Below are positions 59,984 through 64,000 of a stretch of DNA of 64,000 bases, in pieces. The translations under genes were made by a program, and so were the position numbers. Below the pieces are notes generated by a model. It was given only the letters and a program-made list of their open reading frames with translations. It had not been told where the DNA came from and searched no databases. The stretch's first letter is position 1. The number at the start of each line of letters is the position of its first letter. Source of the DNA: an uncultured Hormoscilla sp. (GTDB lineage Bacteria; Cyanobacteriota; Cyanobacteriia; Cyanobacteriales; Desertifilaceae); the NCBI GenBank assembly GCA_963921275.4, contig OZ001293.3, positions 5,568,001 through 5,632,000 of the forward strand. Direction: 5' to 3'.

Positions 59984-61069
59984 GTGGGGTATTTTGTATC
60001 TACTTTAATAGGTTCTGTGCCAATAGTGTATATCCGATCGCGTGAAGAAATTGCTGAGGCAATTTCTCCAGCATTGATAGAGCAGTATTCCATATCTACT
60101 TTGGTCCGCCCAATGTTTTTGACTCGGACCTCAATAATTGCTATAGAGAAGCTGTTAAGAGTAGTCATCTCTTTAAGAGTTTGGGTGATGATCAGCCAGT
60201 TTACCAGATATATGTCACAAAAACCAGAAACAAATGAGATTGACGATCGGCGGGATGCCAAAGAAGCTCAACCAGTCCTGAAAATACAGGCGATCGCTCT
60301 TCTACGCTTTTTGATTAGGCTACTAGAAGGAACTGTGGAAACACTGGAGGCCAAACTGCCACCAGACGATCTACCAAGAAGAACGCCTACGAGCAGTGGT
60401 TGGTGGAATGTAGTGTTAAGGAACATTCGCGCTGTTCTGCCAAAATTACTCAACCAGGTCTTATCTGATTTTGCTTTGAGCCTAGGGATTTCAGTAGCTA
60501 TTTTAATCCTACCCTTGTGGATAACTATTTTGATATCTCCAACTGAGGTAGTAGAGTCTCCGACTGTCGAAGCAGAAAAGCCCGCAACTGAGGTGGTAGA
60601 ATCTCCGACTGTCGAAGCAGAAGAACCCGCAACTGAGGTCGTAGAATCTCCGACTATCGAAGCAGAAGAACCCGCAACTGAGGTCGTAGAATCTCCTGAA
60701 ATTCCTAGTGGTCCAGTGCCAGTGGAGATAGTACCAGCACCAGTATTAATGCCAGAAGAAAACCTGGTTGCGATAATTCAAAATCAAGTCGCAGACCAGA
60801 TCCCAGAAGCAGAATATGCAGAGGGGTTAATTCAGTCTTTGAAAGCCGACTTTAACAATAATATTTTGGTGGTTAAAGTCAGCTATAATTGGTATTATAT
60901 CAGTCCAGAAAACCAGAACGAGTTTGCCCAGTCAATGCGGCAACTATCTCAAGAACTTGACTTCTATAAACTGGAAATCACTGATACTGAAGACACCCTA
61001 TTAGCCCGTTCTCCAGTGGTGGGACCAAAGATGGTGATTTTCCAGCGACGGTTAGTCCTCAGTCACTAA
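59984..61069 (+). CDS. Membrane-anchored hypothetical protein with 15-aa acidic repeats (true start probably 60212)
   Basis: TM helix, PATEVVESPTVEAEE repeats (45-bp unit, ~60540-60695), C-terminal LLARSPVVG. Confidence 0.7.
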   Translation: MGYFVSTLIGSVPIVYIRSREEIAEAISPALIEQYSISTLVRPMFLTRTSIIAIEKLLRVVISLRVWVMISQFTRYMSQKPETNEIDDRRDAKEAQPVLKIQAIALLRFLIRLLEGTVETLEAKLPPDDLPRRTPTSSGWWNVVLRNIRAVLPKLLNQVLSDFALSLGISVAILILPLWITILISPTEVVESPTVEAEKPATEVVESPTVEAEEPATEVVESPTIEAEEPATEVVESPEIPSGPVPVEIVPAPVLMPEENLVAIIQNQVADQIPEAEYAEGLIQSLKADFNNNILVVKVSYNWYYISPENQNEFAQSMRQLSQELDFYKLEITDTEDTLLARSPVVGPKMVIFQRRLVLSH

Positions 61070-61635
61070 CAACTGTTGATAAGCTTTAACTTTCTGGTCA
61101 ATGCCAGTGATATCGGTGCCAAGAACTACAGCAGCAGCTCCCAAATCTAGGGCTGTTTTCGCCATCGCTGGTGAGGCAATGCCCCCTTCACAGATAATTG
61201 GGATATCTAAATGGCTGACGAGTTGGCTGAGAAGTTCAAACCCTGGAGGAGAAAGATGTTGGGTTTGCTTGGTATAGCCGTAGAGAGTTGTGGCGATCGC
61301 ATCAGCACCAGCTCGCGCAGCATTGGTTCCTGCTGCTAAACTATCTACATCTGCCAGGACTGGCTTACTTAATCGATCGTGAATGTGCTTTACGAGCAAG
61401 TCTAGGGTTTCGCCGTTTGGTCGTTCTCTTTGAGTGGCATCAATAGCGATGATATCAGCACCAGCTTGAGCAATAGCAGCAGCGTGATGAAACTGGGGAA
61501 TGCGGCAATTACTACTGGATCGTGCAGGGGCGAGGAAGCGGGGGTGTCTGGAGCGTACCGCGTCCTTCAGGACAAGAGTACGCGGAAGACGCCGTAGGCC
61601 TGACAGGAAACTATGAGTCCTTTGATGTTCAGCAT
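61052..61635 (-). pseudogene. nanE: N-acetylmannosamine-6-phosphate 2-epimerase, disrupted
   Basis: GLIVSCQA + 54-bp insertion with TGA (61543-61596) + SPLHDP.VIAA, internal deletion, then GADIIAIDAT, TTLYGYT, ICEGGI. Confidence 0.85.
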
Positions 61636-61675
61636 GTTTTTCTAGCGCTAACGGGCACTTCCTATAAATTAATAA

Positions 61676-64000
61676 TCAACAATCAACCAGCAAACTGTTA
61701 AGTTTTTCTAATAACTGCTCTGGTTGGACGGGTTTAGTTAAATAATTATCAGTCGAGGAGTCGGGATAATTAGATGGGTCTATAGAGTCGTCCCAGAGAA
61801 TCAGAATTTTGATCTGCTCAGTTGTCGGTTCCGATCGCAGTTGGCGGATGACTTCCCTGCCATCTATCCCTGGTAGCTGCCCGGCGACGATCGCGACTAG
61901 GGGTTGTAAAATCTCGATTTGCTTGACTGCTGTAGTGCCTTCAACTAGCCAGACGACCTGATAGCCAGCGGCGGTGAGCAGGTCGCAGATCGTCCAAGCG
62001 GTTTCCTCATTGTTCTCAATTAATACCACACGTCCGCCAGGAGTGGCTGCATAAGTCGGTCCTGCTGGTGCTGGGGCCGGGGCTAATGGCTGGGCGGGCA
62101 ACCGCACGGTGAAAACTGAACCGATATCTACAGTTGATTCTACCGAGATCGCGCCGCCGTGGAGTTCTACCAACTGTTTGGTTAAGGCTAAACCCAGACC
62201 CGCCCCTTGGTAGTTGCGATCGTATGAGGTATCCAATTGCTGAAATTTCTCAAACAGGAGCGCGATCTGCTCTTCAGGAATGCCGATACCAGTGTCTTCT
62301 ACCTGAAACACAGCCGTATCGCCTACCGTTCCGGAAAAATCGGACGAAACTCGTAGAGTCACCCGTCCCCCAGAGGGAGTAAATTTGATCGCATTGCTCA
62401 ACAGATTCCAGAGAATCCGTTGGATGCGGCGTTGGTCCCCTAGGAAGCGATCGCTCTCGGGCTGAATCTGTATATCTAGAACCAGTTTCACTCCCTGTTC
62501 TGCTGCTATTTGCTGCATGCTTTCCCGACAATTATAAGCCAGTTTACTCAGGGAAAACTCTTTCACATTCAATACTGCTTTCCCCGCTTCCACCTGAGAC
62601 AATTCCAGAATGTCGTTAATCAAGTCTAGCAAATGCTTGCCGCTATCGTGGATGGTTTGCAAATAAGAACGCTGTTTTTCTATAGTCAGGACTCCCTTGG
62701 CTTTTTCCAGATCTAAAGACAACAAACGTAACAGAGTAGCAGACATACCAATAACGCAAGTAAGGGGCGTGCGTAACTCGTGACTCATGGCAGCGAGAAA
62801 CTCACTTTTAGTGCGGTTGGCAGATTCGGCACCCAGTAAGGCGTCGCGGAGTTCCGCGGTCCGATCTCTCACCCGCTGCTCCAAGTTTTGTTTTTGCAAC
62901 TGTAGCTGAGCATACAACTGGGCTTGGCAAATGGCGATCGCCAGATGTTCGGCAATTTTACCGAGAAAAGTTTTTTCACTTTCAGACCATTGGCGCGGTT
63001 GGAAACATTGCTGGGCGATCAGCAATCCCCAGAGTTGGTCTTGAACCACAATTGGCACTACTAATTTGGCTCGGACTTGCATCCGGCGCAATAATTCTAA
63101 AAAGCAGGGGGATGATGCATAGGCTATTTCAATATCTTCCACCCCATGAATAAAGCCATTACGATATTTATCCTCAATATTGGCTGTATCAACAAAGCAG
63201 TCTTTTGCTTCCCGCAAATGCAGTGCTGAAACTAGAGAAGCTGTTGCCTTAGCTTCGTATGTTACACAACCTTTATAAGCTGTAAAGGAGGAATTTATAA
63301 TAATTTTTGAATTAGGGTCAAACTGATAAATCAACAATCTGTCTACTTGCAAGAAATGTCGTACCTGCTCCACAGCGGTTGACAAAATAACCGGCAATTC
63401 CAGACTCTGACGAATCTGGGTAGCTACCTGATTTATCAGCCGTTCCTGTTCAAGCTGTTGCCGCAAAGCTGCGGCCATTGGTTCGCAAACATAGGGATAA
63501 TTTTCTTCTCCTCCCGACTCATTATCGTCAGTGGCAATAATTTTCATTAGCGCCAGGGTAAACTCGCTCTGGCGCTTCGGATCATTAGGTTTGAGAATGG
63601 CACCCGCTTGCGCTAAGATACTTTTAACTTCCGGCTTGCTTGTCAGGCGATCGGCCAGTTGGTTGAGAAAAGAGGCGATCGCCTCTGGGTCGAAGCTGAG
63701 ATTCACAAACACTTGCTCATCGACTAGGTTGCGGTTTTCATCTGGGGATAATTCCCCCAATAGCAATACATTAAATTCCTCGGAAAGTAACACCGAGAAC
63801 CGTTCATTATGAGCATTTTTGAGATTTTCAACGGGATCAAGGATATCTTCTGTAAGCAGAAGATATCCTGGGTCACAGTTGGGGGCGGCTTGCTGCCGTA
63901 ATAGAGCGCTCAGCCGAGCAAAAGTTCTCATATTCAAGATGAGAAGTCCTGTTGTCAGATATACGCTGCGCGCACGCTGCGCGGACGGCATTTTTTTCAT
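61676..64000 (-). CDS. cikA: Circadian input kinase A (GAF - His kinase - pseudo-receiver)
   Basis: IRQSLEL..DRLLIYQF GAF, FLAAMSHELRTPLTCVIGMSATLLR, NLLSNAIKFT, DTGIGI, GLGLAL, receiver lacking the phospho-Asp. Confidence 0.88.
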   Translation of the reverse strand: MKKMPSAQRARSVYLTTGLLILNMRTFARLSALLRQQAAPNCDPGYLLLTEDILDPVENLKNAHNERFSVLLSEEFNVLLLGELSPDENRNLVDEQVFVNLSFDPEAIASFLNQLADRLTSKPEVKSILAQAGAILKPNDPKRQSEFTLALMKIIATDDNESGGEENYPYVCEPMAAALRQQLEQERLINQVATQIRQSLELPVILSTAVEQVRHFLQVDRLLIYQFDPNSKIIINSSFTAYKGCVTYEAKATASLVSALHLREAKDCFVDTANIEDKYRNGFIHGVEDIEIAYASSPCFLELLRRMQVRAKLVVPIVVQDQLWGLLIAQQCFQPRQWSESEKTFLGKIAEHLAIAICQAQLYAQLQLQKQNLEQRVRDRTAELRDALLGAESANRTKSEFLAAMSHELRTPLTCVIGMSATLLRLLSLDLEKAKGVLTIEKQRSYLQTIHDSGKHLLDLINDILELSQVEAGKAVLNVKEFSLSKLAYNCRESMQQIAAEQGVKLVLDIQIQPESDRFLGDQRRIQRILWNLLSNAIKFTPSGGRVTLRVSSDFSGTVGDTAVFQVEDTGIGIPEEQIALLFEKFQQLDTSYDRNYQGAGLGLALTKQLVELHGGAISVESTVDIGSVFTVRLPAQPLAPAPAPAGPTYAATPGGRVVLIENNEETAWTICDLLTAAGYQVVWLVEGTTAVKQIEILQPLVAIVAGQLPGIDGREVIRQLRSEPTTEQIKILILWDDSIDPSNYPDSSTDNYLTKPVQPEQLLEKLNSLLVDC

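Overview
Cyanobacterial chromosomal segment (abundant HIP1 GCGATCGC, chlH, ycf54, ycf33, cikA, crtE, folD, pdxJ, mutS, gltB, moaC, rbfA, tRNA-Arg). It carries many pseudogenes and many selfish elements. (i) There are five ORF-less group II intron copies in three sequence subfamilies. Their EBS1/EBS2 sequences differ and match their own insertion sites. One sits in sense orientation inside gltB. (ii) A 15-bp stop-free micro-element (TTTTTCCGGAACGGT) occurs 13 times, always after CCGA/CTGA, including in frame in chlH, cikA, moaC and gltB. (iii) GC-rich ~21-27 bp hairpin insertions, nested palindromes and two MITEs with target duplications are also present. Accessory DNA includes three restriction-modification loci (one inside a segment bounded by a duplicated mutS 3' end), a decayed AlkB-like/SDR/sulfotransferase/halogenase cluster, a 1984-aa DUF4347-LRR-cadherin surface protein and two related 21-bp tandem arrays. 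All calls come from manual reading and motif recognition; no database searches were run.
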